From: Sedimentisphaerales bacterium
GTDB taxonomy: Bacteria; Planctomycetota; Phycisphaerae; Sedimentisphaerales; SM23-30
Direction: 5' to 3'
DNA: 64,000 bases
Assembly: GCA_963663965.2 (NCBI GenBank)
Contig: CAXXFK010000024.1
Location: 1 to 64,000 of the forward strand
Numbering within the stretch: the stretch's first letter is position 1; each line of letters begins with the position of its first letter. The notes beneath the pieces are model-generated. The model made no database searches and was not told the DNA's origin. It worked only from the letters and a program-made list of their open reading frames with translations. The position numbers were made by a program, and so were the translations under genes. Shown one piece after another: positions 8,814 through 19,800 of the stretch.

Positions 8814-11800
8814 TTAGCGACTTGACCAAGTGATATTATCTATTGCAATGGAACGATTGCCGGTTCCCTCAGTAGTGGCGTTGCGGATGCCGAGGGTAAC
8901 ATTACCTGGAATATTGATATCCTCTACCGCAAAGACATATAAATCAGTACCCAGTTGATGGATGGAATCCACCACTATCCCATTGACAAGCAATTCCAGC
9001 TTTCGCTCAGTCGTAGTGTCCCACAAATTTTTACAGGTTACCGAAAAAGACTGGATACCACCGGGGATTGGATTGGACTGCACCCCAATAGCTCCTGCTA
9101 TCATGTAGATGCATTTTGAACCATCGATATAACCAGAAGTGCCCTTGGCATTTATGTTCCATAAATTTCCATTATCCCCTATATAGGTTTGAGTCCCCCA
9201 TCCCTCCAAAGTCAGATTTTTGAATGTTTCAGTATAGACCACTGGCCTGACAGATCCTCCCAACCACAACTCGACAAGATGACGCAGATCATAAAAATTT
9301 ACATTGCCATCTCCGCTGATATCAGCATCACTGCATTCATCACAGTTGGAAAAGAGCCAATTACCAGATAAATTTGCAAAGTCATGAAGATCGGTCCACA
9401 TATGAATCATATCTTCCGATGTTAGAATGATCTTTTGACTTGCGAATTCACGATAAGGCATTGTAACCGTCGTGGTTCTGCTTTCCCAGTCATAAACACA
9501 ATTAACAAAGTCTGTGTCGTACTGAGTATTTTTAAACCATCGTCCACTGAAAACTACAACAAACGGAGAGGTGTCAGTCATGTATGAGGAACCGCAACTG
9601 AAACGAAGAGTAGTGCCGGTATTCTGCCATATATAAGCGCCCATACGACTGGCAGAGACAAGCCCTCCTTGATTTATAGACTGGTTATCGGTAAATAAAA
9701 CCGCTGCATAGCTATTGCTGGCAACATCATAGAGCAGGTGGCGGTTATTGGATGTATCCAGTTTCAGGGGTTCATTACCGGGAGTTTTCATATTATTAAC
9801 GAAGGTGTCCAGTTCACCCGCCTGGGGCTTGACCAGCACACTGTAAACAATTGTGTCGTTGACGGGATGAGAACCATGATCGAAATAAACTTTACTGTAA
9901 TTACCGGTGCTGTAACTAAAATAGCCGGCCCTGACATCAGTGATAAATTCATCTTTGTAGATATAACTCGGCATGATGCCGGGGCCAATATAGTACTCGG
10001 ATAAGCCATATGGCCAGCTCTGAACGCCCCGCTCGGCCTTGATCATAGGCGTAGAGGTATTGGGATGAATGTAATAAGCGTTTCCATTGATGTCAACCAA
10101 ATGATGATCGCCACCCGCAGCCATTGTCCAACTGCCGGTACCGGAGTGTACAGTTCCATCCAGGTTAATGGAATTATTCACAAAATTAGAATGGCCCTGC
10201 TGAATCAGACCAGTAACTACCGGCTGTCCCTTGTCAGAAAAGGTGATCTCTGAAGTCACCAGGGTAATTCGTTTGTCGAAAAAAAAGGCGCTTTTCCGGC
10301 ACGTGCCGTCGGACGGAATGTAGAACCATACTCCGTTATCAAACAGATTGGCGCCTCCGGCTTGTGTAGCTTTTCCGCTAAAATAGGCTCTTGACCGCCA
10401 ATAAAGATGATCTTCCAGATCGCCAATATAATTAGTCACATTGGGATAATAATTATGATCCCATCCTTCGAAATAATACCCAGAATCGGCACAGTTTGGC
10501 ATCCTGCCGTTAAATCCTTCAGTGATCAGCAACAGTGAACCACGCATGGACATTTCATGAAAATGATCAGGTTTACCCATTTCATCATACGCCTCGCCAC
10601 CCCTTCGAAAGATATGCGCGCCACGGATACTGGCCATCCAGTTTTCCCGGCGGTGAGCAGCGCTACCGTTAACCTGGAATGAGAGATGCCCGTTGAGAAG
10701 GTACCAGTTTTCTTGCGGATCGGAAGCCGGGACCGGCAGAGAGATATCCTGCCACTGGATGGGAAGGGCATTGTTGTGCTGGCCTGCCTTGACAATGGCT
10801 GGATAGGCCATTTCCAGGTCATGTTCGATCTGAGTTGAATCTTGATACCTGTAAGCGGCTGTCAACTCCGCCACTCCTTTGAGGAATGCCACGGTATTGC
10901 CAAGACTTTTACCGCCGGTTATGACCTTTGATGGATACGTGGGGCGCATATTATAATGTACTGGAAAGTTCCCATTGGTATCGGTCCAGGACCAGGCCAG
11001 GGCGGCTTTGCGGAATCGAACAACGGCTTGCGGGGTCAACGGGCTGGTAAAGCCGGCTTCCGCGAGAATGCGATGGATCTTAACCATATCCAGAAAGCTG
11101 TAGCTGGCATAGTGGATATGGTGACCCCAATGATGGATAATACCCCCATCCAGCGTAATCAGACAATTATCGGCCTGTGTGCCGATGATCGCCTTGTCCA
11201 GTTGATGACACACTGTGTGCAGCACCTGCCATTTGAATGCGTCATCATTCATGACAGAGAGCGCCTTGAACATAGTATGATAAATATTATGATACAGATC
11301 GGTTGATGAGACCGGATTAGTCTCTGAAGACAGCAGGTTGCCCCCGCCGGAATAATAGAAAAGGCTCAATCCCAGATATTGCCGGACTGGTTCAGGAAGC
11401 GTATGGGACATATTCAGGCATTTATAAGCATAGTCTCGCCATGAATATCCATTGCCGCTGAAAATAAAAACACCCGAGCCCGGAAAACATTCAACATTCA
11501 ACCACAACTCGACCATGTCTCGATAAACCAGCTCAATCGTTGCTTTTTGCGCGGTTGAACATTTTTTGTATAAACTGTCGATCGTAGCCATATCCGGCAG
11601 CCAGTCGCTGTTAAATCCAGCTGGCGCATCCGGATTAACGGTGGGCTTGTTATAATCTCCCTCACCATCCAGAATGATCAATCGGCCGGTTACCTGGCCT
11701 GTTTGAGAATTACGGACAATGGCATATTTATCATAGGCGATCTCTTTGATTTGCTGTAATTGGGCAGCGGTGATTCCTGTGCCGCTGGGATTGGTTGGTG

Positions 11801-11999
11801 TAATGGTGTAATTGGCATCAACTCGATTCATTCGGGATATCAGATCGGCGGTGATATCGAATTGGTCGAGTTGAGGAACGACAAAAGGATAATCTGTCCG
11901 AAGATCCCAACTGTAAGAATAGCCGAATAAAGGAATCGATGCTTCGAAAAACAACAGGATTACGATAATTAATACTGATGACTGGAATTTGTTTCTCAC
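8814..11999 (-). CDS. Secreted polysaccharide lyase family 8-like (chondroitin ABC lyase-like) protein with dockerin-like repeat and C-terminal beta domain
   Basis: Signal peptide. DGGIIHHWGHHIHYASY, HRRENWMASIRG, GWDHNYYP and RKSAFFFDKRI motifs as in PL8 enzymes. ADISGDGNVNFYDL EF-hand-like repeat. Confidence 0.75.
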   Translation of the reverse strand: MRNKFQSSVLIIVILLFFEASIPLFGYSYSWDLRTDYPFVVPQLDQFDITADLISRMNRVDANYTITPTNPSGTGITAAQLQQIKEIAYDKYAIVRNSQTGQVTGRLIILDGEGDYNKPTVNPDAPAGFNSDWLPDMATIDSLYKKCSTAQKATIELVYRDMVELWLNVECFPGSGVFIFSGNGYSWRDYAYKCLNMSHTLPEPVRQYLGLSLFYYSGGGNLLSSETNPVSSTDLYHNIYHTMFKALSVMNDDAFKWQVLHTVCHQLDKAIIGTQADNCLITLDGGIIHHWGHHIHYASYSFLDMVKIHRILAEAGFTSPLTPQAVVRFRKAALAWSWTDTNGNFPVHYNMRPTYPSKVITGGKSLGNTVAFLKGVAELTAAYRYQDSTQIEHDLEMAYPAIVKAGQHNNALPIQWQDISLPVPASDPQENWYLLNGHLSFQVNGSAAHRRENWMASIRGAHIFRRGGEAYDEMGKPDHFHEMSMRGSLLLITEGFNGRMPNCADSGYYFEGWDHNYYPNVTNYIGDLEDHLYWRSRAYFSGKATQAGGANLFDNGVWFYIPSDGTCRKSAFFFDKRITLVTSEITFSDKGQPVVTGLIQQGHSNFVNNSINLDGTVHSGTGSWTMAAGGDHHLVDINGNAYYIHPNTSTPMIKAERGVQSWPYGLSEYYIGPGIMPSYIYKDEFITDVRAGYFSYSTGNYSKVYFDHGSHPVNDTIVYSVLVKPQAGELDTFVNNMKTPGNEPLKLDTSNNRHLLYDVASNSYAAVLFTDNQSINQGGLVSASRMGAYIWQNTGTTLRFSCGSSYMTDTSPFVVVFSGRWFKNTQYDTDFVNCVYDWESRTTTVTMPYREFASQKIILTSEDMIHMWTDLHDFANLSGNWLFSNCDECSDADISGDGNVNFYDLRHLVELWLGGSVRPVVYTETFKNLTLEGWGTQTYIGDNGNLWNINAKGTSGYIDGSKCIYMIAGAIGVQSNPIPGGIQSFSVTCKNLWDTTTERKLELLVNGIVVDSIHQLGTDLYVFAVEDINIPGNVTLGIRNATTEGTGNRSIAIDNITWSSR

Positions 12000-12173
12000 T
12001 TTACGGCTTTCCTCTTTGCCTTATTATTCAGATGAACCGAAATTACAGCTTCGCCTGGTGTTGAGCGTTGCGGATATTCAATCGGCAACTGAAATTATTC
12101 ATAGCCGATGGGTAAAAAGGTACGCAGCCCAAAAGCTCGGACTGCACACCCGTGAATATCGTTTTAATTTCAA

Positions 12174-13673
12174 TTATGGACAGCCTACGCCATTATCAAT
12201 GGCACAATCCAGCCACTGAGATGCAAAATAAGCAAAATCCAGCAGATCCACCATACAGTCTCGATACTCATTACCCTGACCATCCGGGCCGGCGCGGTCG
12301 AAGAGATTGTAGGGGCCATCACAATCGTTATTGAGAATTTCGACTTCCACGCTGTCAACAGTCTGTGGTCCGCCATCATTGTAAACAGTGTACTCCAGAG
12401 ACTCCGTTACAACCGAATGCGTAATGGTTGACAGGTGAACAGCCTCTTCCGCAGTCGTCCCATCGTCATCAACGGCGGTTACGGTCACGGATTTGGCGGC
12501 CCAGTCAGTCGCAGTAAAGGTAAGCGTAATGGGATCAACAGTTACCTGTTCACTATCGACATTGACTGTAATGACAACCGGCGCGGTCGGCTTGTCGGAT
12601 AAACTGATAGCATAAGTATCCGAAGTAGGACCTTCTTCTTCAATTTTAACACCATCTGCGGTGTCAATGGTAATAAAGCCATTATCATTATCTTCTACAT
12701 TGACCGTAATAGGTATGATCAATGTTGCAATATTAGGGTCATCGCTGGTTACTGTAAATTCAACCCGATAAGAGGCAGGACCTTCTACGATCGTGTCGTC
12801 AACGGCCTTTACGGGAACGGATTGCGGAATATTCCAGTTTGAAGAGTTGAAAACATAAGCATTAGGATCAATAATAATATTCGTTTCAGAAGGATCACCT
12901 AAACTGACTGTTATATCAGGGCTGCCCGGCAAGATTTCATCTAAAAGAACCAGGTCGAACGAATCGGTAGTAGAACCTTCTTCTTTTAAATTGATTACTG
13001 ATTTTGAAGTGGCTCCGATAGGTTTCTGTACTTTAATATCATACAACATGACATATTCTGTTCTGCCAGTGCGGCCATTCATCCATTCAAACTTTGCGGG
13101 AATACCGTCGGCCATAAAAGGTTCATCATGTACCTCCAAGAAAACATCCTCATTTTGGTCATATCCAACAAATGTGAATGTGCCACTGGTCCCATCTGGA
13201 TTGACGATCCATACCAAATTGGCACGCCATGGAATTTTTGAACCATTTTGTGTGATATTTTCATCAAGACCATCAAAAACGAGTTCCCCATTACCGGTAT
13301 TGAATTTGAGGCCATTCTGCCGATAAGGTCTGAAGCGAAACAGAATTTCACCACTTGTATTTTTCACATCAAGCGATGTGTTCGTATAGGTTCGACTGCC
13401 GCTATGAACAAGTAAAGCGTCTAAGCCGCCTGCGGCAATCGGTTCGCTTAAGGCCAAAGTCCCTCCCTGGGTATCAAGGCATTTTAAATGATTATCGTTA
13501 TTGTAGCCGGAGGCAATCACTGGGGTTGGATCAGTAAATACCCATCCCTTCGCTTCCAATGCAGCAATGGTGTCCTGCCCGGATGCGGCTTCAAAGTCAA
13601 AATTCATCAAAACATCAGCTCGAACAATAGATACTAAACCCAATAATAAATACAAAGACAAAACATTCTTCAT
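12174..13673 (-). CDS. Secreted surface protein with two Calx-beta/cadherin-like repeats and dockerin-like tail
   Basis: Signal peptide. Repeats EEGSTTDSFDLVL...VKAVDD and EEGPTSDTYAISL...VTAVDD. Tail DCMVDLLDFAYFASQWLDC. Confidence 0.7.
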   Translation of the reverse strand: MKNVLSLYLLLGLVSIVRADVLMNFDFEAASGQDTIAALEAKGWVFTDPTPVIASGYNNDNHLKCLDTQGGTLALSEPIAAGGLDALLVHSGSRTYTNTSLDVKNTSGEILFRFRPYRQNGLKFNTGNGELVFDGLDENITQNGSKIPWRANLVWIVNPDGTSGTFTFVGYDQNEDVFLEVHDEPFMADGIPAKFEWMNGRTGRTEYVMLYDIKVQKPIGATSKSVINLKEEGSTTDSFDLVLLDEILPGSPDITVSLGDPSETNIIIDPNAYVFNSSNWNIPQSVPVKAVDDTIVEGPASYRVEFTVTSDDPNIATLIIPITVNVEDNDNGFITIDTADGVKIEEEGPTSDTYAISLSDKPTAPVVITVNVDSEQVTVDPITLTFTATDWAAKSVTVTAVDDDGTTAEEAVHLSTITHSVVTESLEYTVYNDGGPQTVDSVEVEILNNDCDGPYNLFDRAGPDGQGNEYRDCMVDLLDFAYFASQWLDCAIDNGVGCP

Positions 13674-13886
13674 TTTAAATCCTTTCCAATGCGGTCCAGT
13701 TATAATATAACAGCCAACCTGTTAAATTTTTAATTTTGCGCCATCAAATAACAAAATATATCACACTATAAATTTCAATACTAAAAAACTGAATTGTTTC
13801 ATGGTTTTCATCTTTTAGCCTTTTAAAAAAATGGAAAAATATTTGTGGACAGACGGCCAATCGCTATTTGACTTTAAATAATAATT

Positions 13887-15425
13887 TCATAAACACATTT
13901 CATACGGTTTTATTCTCGAATGATCGTTGGTCCCGTCGGTTTCAATTGTCCAATCGGGTCCCAACGAAAGCGGTTGGTTGGGATCGGCATTCAAACTTGT
14001 CCAGGTAATATTATCGATTGCAATGGAGCGATTGTCGATTCCGTCAGTGGTTGCATTTCGGATTCCAATGGTCACATTGCCGGGAATGTTAATATTTTCA
14101 ACGGTAAAGGTATAGACTTCGGTTCCCAGGTGACGGATTGAACCGACCACATCGCCATTAACAAGCAGTTCCAACTTCCGTTCAATCTCAGGAAACCACA
14201 AGTTTTTACAGGATGCGGAAAACGACTGGATGCCGCATGGGATCGGATTGGACTGAATTCCAATCAGTCCGGCCACCATATAAACACATTTGGATCGGTT
14301 GATATAACCGGAAGTGCCCTTGGCATTCACATTCCACACTATTTCATTATCCCCAATATATGTCTGGGTTCCCCAGCCTTCCAGAGTCAGATTGTTGAAT
14401 GTTTCCATATGAACTCCCGGCCAGACACGCAGGATGACAGAGTCGATAGCGCTTATGAATGACTCTCTTTTTATTGGAATAGATCGTACCTGATTGCTGA
14501 TCGCGTCATATCGGACTGCCGAGTTTTCGGTAATGAGTTGACCGGTTCTGGGATGCCCCTTTGAACCCGCAAACAACTGTACCTTGCCTTTAATCACATG
14601 AACTTCTGAGTTCCTGTTGTTGTCTGCCAGCACGCCGAATTCGGTTCCCAGGTCAATTATTTTAGCGTGAGCGGTTTTAACCGAAAAACCAATCCCCTGT
14701 AATGGTACGTCGGCATACAGCTTGCCTTTATCCAGCCACAGATCGCCCTCTGTGGTAAATTTAAATTCGCTTGGACCTTCAACAATCAGTTTCACCCCGT
14801 CATTGGTCTGAATATCTACAATGCCGCTGATCAAACAGAGCGGTTTGGATGAATACAGACGGTCCCCTTTCTGATATGAATTGGCCTGATCGGTCCATAC
14901 CGCATCCTTTTGATGGACAACGGTGCCGACATCCACACGGCTTGACTCAACAATTAACGCATAGTGGGGATAAAGAATAAGAAAAATCAGCGCCGCCGCA
15001 GAGAGGATGACAGTAAAAAGGTTTTTGTTACTTAGACTGTTTTGATTTTTAGGATAGACGACTTTGTCAATTCGCTTGGTTTTCTCTTCCTCCTGTTTTG
15101 GAATATCTAGAATGGGAGCACTTTGTTCTACATCTTGGAGTGCTGACCACAGTTCCGAATCTAATTCTCCGAAATCAGAATTAACGTTTTTGGATGCAAC
15201 GGAACCGGCATGTTCACAGGAAACATTGGCTTCCCTTACTTTGTGCATCATTTCCATATCGCAATACAAATACAAAAATGACCGGTAACAATTTCTTGCC
15301 CGGATATCGTATTTTAATATGCTTTCCAGCCTGGAAAACTCATCGTTGGTAATGGCGCCATCCAACGATTGGATCAGCAGGAGTTCCAGTTCCCTGCATA
15401 TGGAATTATCCTCCTGATGAGTCAT
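13887..15425 (-). CDS. FecR-domain anti-sigma factor with C-terminal sensor domain
   Basis: Single TM, FecR motif GFSVKT...IIDLGTEFGV...EVHVIKGKV. ATGA overlap with the upstream sigma factor. Confidence 0.88.
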   Translation of the reverse strand: MTHQEDNSICRELELLLIQSLDGAITNDEFSRLESILKYDIRARNCYRSFLYLYCDMEMMHKVREANVSCEHAGSVASKNVNSDFGELDSELWSALQDVEQSAPILDIPKQEEEKTKRIDKVVYPKNQNSLSNKNLFTVILSAAALIFLILYPHYALIVESSRVDVGTVVHQKDAVWTDQANSYQKGDRLYSSKPLCLISGIVDIQTNDGVKLIVEGPSEFKFTTEGDLWLDKGKLYADVPLQGIGFSVKTAHAKIIDLGTEFGVLADNNRNSEVHVIKGKVQLFAGSKGHPRTGQLITENSAVRYDAISNQVRSIPIKRESFISAIDSVILRVWPGVHMETFNNLTLEGWGTQTYIGDNEIVWNVNAKGTSGYINRSKCVYMVAGLIGIQSNPIPCGIQSFSASCKNLWFPEIERKLELLVNGDVVGSIRHLGTEVYTFTVENINIPGNVTIGIRNATTDGIDNRSIAIDNITWTSLNADPNQPLSLGPDWTIETDGTNDHSRIKPYEMCL

Positions 15426-15949
15426 ATCTGGGTTACTCCCAATGTCTTATTGATACATCTTTGAAGATGATGCAATATCCTTAATTCATTTCGGTATATG
15501 GTATTCATCGCAACGCCGATCTGCTTTGAGAGTTCTCTGGCTGTCTTTTTGTGCTCAAATCGAAATTGGATAAAATGCTGATCCTTGGGATTAAGTTTTT
15601 TTAAACAACCTCTTAACGCATCCAGTCGTTCATCATCCTGAAATACGGGACCCTGGCATTCCTCAGCTAATATCTCTATGATATCTGATCCAAAGGGAAC
15701 GCGCGAATGATGATCTCTGCGATATTTCAATATTTCGTATTTTGCAATAGTGACAGCCCAGGAACAAAAATTGGTGCCTGGCTGATATTGATCGAACTTC
15801 TGCCACATGATCTTAGATGTTTCCTGTAATATATCGTCGGCTTCATTCACATTGGGAACCAACGATAGTATAAACGCTCTGATACGAATAAAATTGGAAC
15901 TATACAGTTCAACAAAAGCGTTGTTATGTTCATTCGTTTCTTTTTTCAT
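15422..15949 (-). CDS. ECF sigma-70 factor
   Basis: ADDILQET...FDQYQPGTNFCSWAVTIAKY (region 2) and LRGCLKKL...ARELSKQIG (region 4). Confidence 0.92.
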   Translation of the reverse strand: MKKETNEHNNAFVELYSSNFIRIRAFILSLVPNVNEADDILQETSKIMWQKFDQYQPGTNFCSWAVTIAKYEILKYRRDHHSRVPFGSDIIEILAEECQGPVFQDDERLDALRGCLKKLNPKDQHFIQFRFEHKKTARELSKQIGVAMNTIYRNELRILHHLQRCINKTLGVTQI

Positions 15950-16289
15950 TTTTATTGAATCTTCAGAACATCAGAGATATTGATCACCCTCGTCATAATG
16001 CAACTTCGTCAGATAATAAAATTACACACAGAAAATTTATTTTTTTAAGATTATTTTAGTGTCCCTCATAACGTTCTCTCAGTAAAATAAAATGTAATAA
16101 TCTGAGATTTAATAGGTTACGGACAATAGTCAATCCATTTATGTATTTTTGGGACATCCAGCATTCATGCGAATTTTCGATCAGATTAACTGGCTTATTG
16201 TTATTGCCCTTCTTCAACAATATTTATCGTGAAACGCTTTAAGCCAGGCACTTTCAGTATGAATACCAAAATGGTTTGTACAATGTTTT

Positions 16290-16476
16290 CAAGTCCAACC
16301 ATGTGCATTAGACTGTTTGGAAATGGGTATCAAACTAAGGCCCAAAAGATAATCCTCATAGCACAGGCTGTTTTTTAATTTTCATAACTTCCTTTTTATT
16401 AATCAGTTCCGTTGATATATGCAAAAAATCAAAATCTTATCCAGGTAACGGGGTAAGGATTCAAGTCCTTCCTTCG
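16290..16476 (+). repeat. Decayed copy of the att-right region (tRNA-Leu 3' fragment plus upstream flank)
   Basis: 16429-16476 matches tRNA 2092-2139 at 41/48 nt without gaps. The upstream flank is colinear with ~8377-8510 (CAAGT...CCATG, AAATG.GTATCA, TTTTCATAACTTC, TTCCGTTGA). Confidence 0.8.
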
Positions 16477-16822
16477 AACTGCAATGGATAAAAACAAAAT
16501 TTAAATGCGTTTTTTTATTGAATCAATTGTTTTTAACTTTTCCTGAGTTTACATAAACACCTTGATGCTAACCAATAACACACAATTGACTTAGCAATTA
16601 CTATTTCGCACCATATCGCCTGAGCCTATTACCCCGCGCCTGCTATCTGCACAAACAAATATTATCATATGTCAATTATCGATGTCAAATTTGAGGCATT
16701 TCGCAATCTAAACATATATTTAACTTGCAATGTATCTGATTGCCAGATATTTTAGAGTTATTGGTGATGTATTAAGTTATTAAAGTTGTTTAATCAGAAA
16801 CTTCATTCAGCTTAGGTGCGAA

Positions 16823-19800
16823 ATGAGAAAAACGATACCGTTTATGCTGATTGTTATGCTGTCTTTAACATCACTGGTACACGCCAATAATTACCGGGAT
16901 TTAGGCTATTTATATTTTTCGCCTCAGCCTGATGCAGAATATACTTCCCCACAAACCCGCTTTTTTCTGGTTCGATTCACTTCGATTTTACCATCCGAAC
17001 TGATTAACCTGTCATCATTTATAACTGTTCAGGGTACTGGTAGCGGTCTTCATCCCGGCCAGACAAAAATCGCCTCTGACAATAAAACGGTAATCCACGA
17101 AGTTACCGGCGATTTTATCCGTAACGAATTGGTCACGGTCTCACTTAATCCTCAATTGGATATTGGTCAACGCGTAGAACCTTATTCCTATCAATTCATG
17201 ATTTCTGGCCCGATGCCCGGGGCTACGCCAACGCCAATGGTTCTGGCTTCACTACAAACTCAATCTATTCCTGCGCCAATTGAACAATCAGATCAGACAC
17301 TGGAAAATGATTCCATACTACCCGCATATGGTGGACCGACAATACTTCCCAACGGCGTGTCAATACCGGGCGATTTTCCTCAAGTAAATATCTTTACTAA
17401 TAACAATCCGGCTCCCGGCTATATATTCATTGATTACAATGTCAGTAGTATTCCTTATTTTATGATTTTAGATAACGACGGATACCCCGTCTGGTATCAA
17501 CGCGATTCAAGAGGCCGCGATTTTAAAATTCAAAAAAACGGAACGATTAGCGCTATCCATGTTAGAGGCGAAAGCGGCTTTACCGTCTATGACTACAATT
17601 TTAATAAACTTTACAATCGCCAGGCAGTTAACGGATATGGCACAGACGATCATGAACTCCAAATCCTGGAAAACGGCGGGTATTTTCTGATTGGACTTCG
17701 TAGCGAATCCGTTGACATGAGCCGCTATGTTGTAGGAGGCAGAACCAGCGCCACCGTACATGAGTCTGTTTTACAGGAATTTACCGCTGAAGGCGACTTG
17801 ATCTTTCAGTGGCGTTCCTGGGATCATCATGATATTCGATTGATGGAATACTGGAGCTACGACGATAAACCGACCAGCCAGTCCATTCGTTTTGTCCATA
17901 TGAACGCCGTAGATGTAGATAACGATAACAATCTGGTCCTCTCCAATAAACGCATTAGTGAAATTACCAAAATTGACCGTAACAGCGGCGAGGTGATCTG
18001 GCGGTTGGGCAGCGGAAATCCGGTCGATCCCGATCAGGATCTTTATCGCGACCAGCGCCTGACTATTAAGAACGACCCGTATGGCCAGTTCAATGTCCAG
18101 CATGATGTTCGCGTGGTCGGAGAAAATCGTTACTCCGTATTCGATAACCATTGGCTCGATCGCCAATCGAATTCCCGGGCGGTCGAATACGAAGTCGATC
18201 CGGTTGCCCGAACCGCAAATCTGGTCTGGCAATACCGGGAAGATCCCCCTTATGGTTCGTATCATATGGGTAGCGCCCAGCGTCTGCCCAATGGCAATAC
18301 CCTCATCAACTGGGTTGAAGCCTCTTACCCCAAAGTTACCGAAATACGTCCCGATGGAACCAAAGCCTTTGAAATGAACTGGGATGACAGTAGCGCCAAA
18401 AGTTATCGTACGTTTCGGTTCCCTTGGCATGGAATAGTAGAGAAACCTTATCTACTCCTTGAATCCTATACCGACAATATCACCCTGATCTTTAATAAAT
18501 TCGGCGACCCCGATATCAATCATTACAACATCTATGCCGGATTCAGCCCGCAACCAACCACTTTGCTGACCACTTCGGACCAGACACTCATACAACTTAA
18601 TCCTGAACTGGATAATGGACGTTTATATTTTTTCAGGGTCACTGCCGTTGATAGTAATGGTGTCGAAAGCGACTATTCCGACGATGTCAGTGCAGTGGTC
18701 AATTTCATCAGGCACGATGGCGAAATGATTATGAATGGTTCGTTTTTCCTCGATCAAAACTGGTGGAATAACCCGGTCGCCTCGCCTGCCGGCGTCAACT
18801 GGTTCATCGAAGGTGGCGTTGCGCGTTTCGATATCCTTTCTCCCGGGACCTCTTTTCCCGATATCCAGCTGATACAAGATGGACTCCGCCTGATACAGGG
18901 AACTGACTACATTTTGGAATTTGATGTCTGGTCTGCCTATCCCCGGCTAATCGAAGTCAAAGTCGAACAACAAGTTTCTCCTTATGTCAATTATAGCAAA
19001 TCGACCTTTGTCAGTATATCCCCATCGAAGAAAAGACAATCGATTACATTTGCCATGACCAATGCGTCCGATTTCGATGCCCGCCTGGTATTCAATCTGG
19101 GAGCCTCTATACATGATGTATATCTGGATAATATCTCTTTAAAATCAAGCGATTCCCAGGACCAAAATATGACAATAGCCCTGGTCAGCGATAGCATGGC
19201 GCCCGGCAGCGACCAGGATGAACGCCAGGAAGATGATGAACTTGTCGTCTGGCTGCAGAACCGTGGATTTTATGTCGACACAACTTGTATGTCCGGCGCT
19301 GCCAAAGATGGCAACAATCCCTTTAGTAATCCGGTGATTGTCGCCGCCATTCAAAACGCCGACCTCATCCTCGTAAGCCGCCGCACCAACAGCGGCGATT
19401 ACGATGCCACGCCTCAGTATTGGAATGCCATCCCTAAACCGCTCGTTTTATGCAGTGGATATCTTTCACCCAGCAGCAAATGGTACTGGACGCCATGCGG
19501 TTCCAGCGATGCCAAGCCTGCGTCGACAACTGATTTACAAATTGTCCCCGGTCATGAAAGCCATCCATTCTTTAAAGGAGTTGCCAACCCCGTCTCTCTG
19601 TTTGACTGGTCAGAATCACCCAATACGGGTGTTTGGCCTACCAATGTATTTCTGCCCGATTGCGAGTTTGATGGTCAGAATACGGTACTGGGTCTTTTTG
19701 CTAACCAACCAGTCCTCACAGACATGCCGGCCGGAACACAATTATCGAACAATAACATCCTGGGCGGACGACGTATTTATTTAGGACATTGGAGTTATGA

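Noticed and set aside
8826..14405. Diversity-generating retroelement TR/VR pair
   Set aside because: Both copies are coding, the differences checked are largely synonymous and not adenine-specific, and no reverse transcriptase is present.
16421..16480. Second functional tRNA
   Set aside because: It lacks the 5' acceptor strand and D-arm, and the anticodon and T stems are disrupted. Treated as an att relic.
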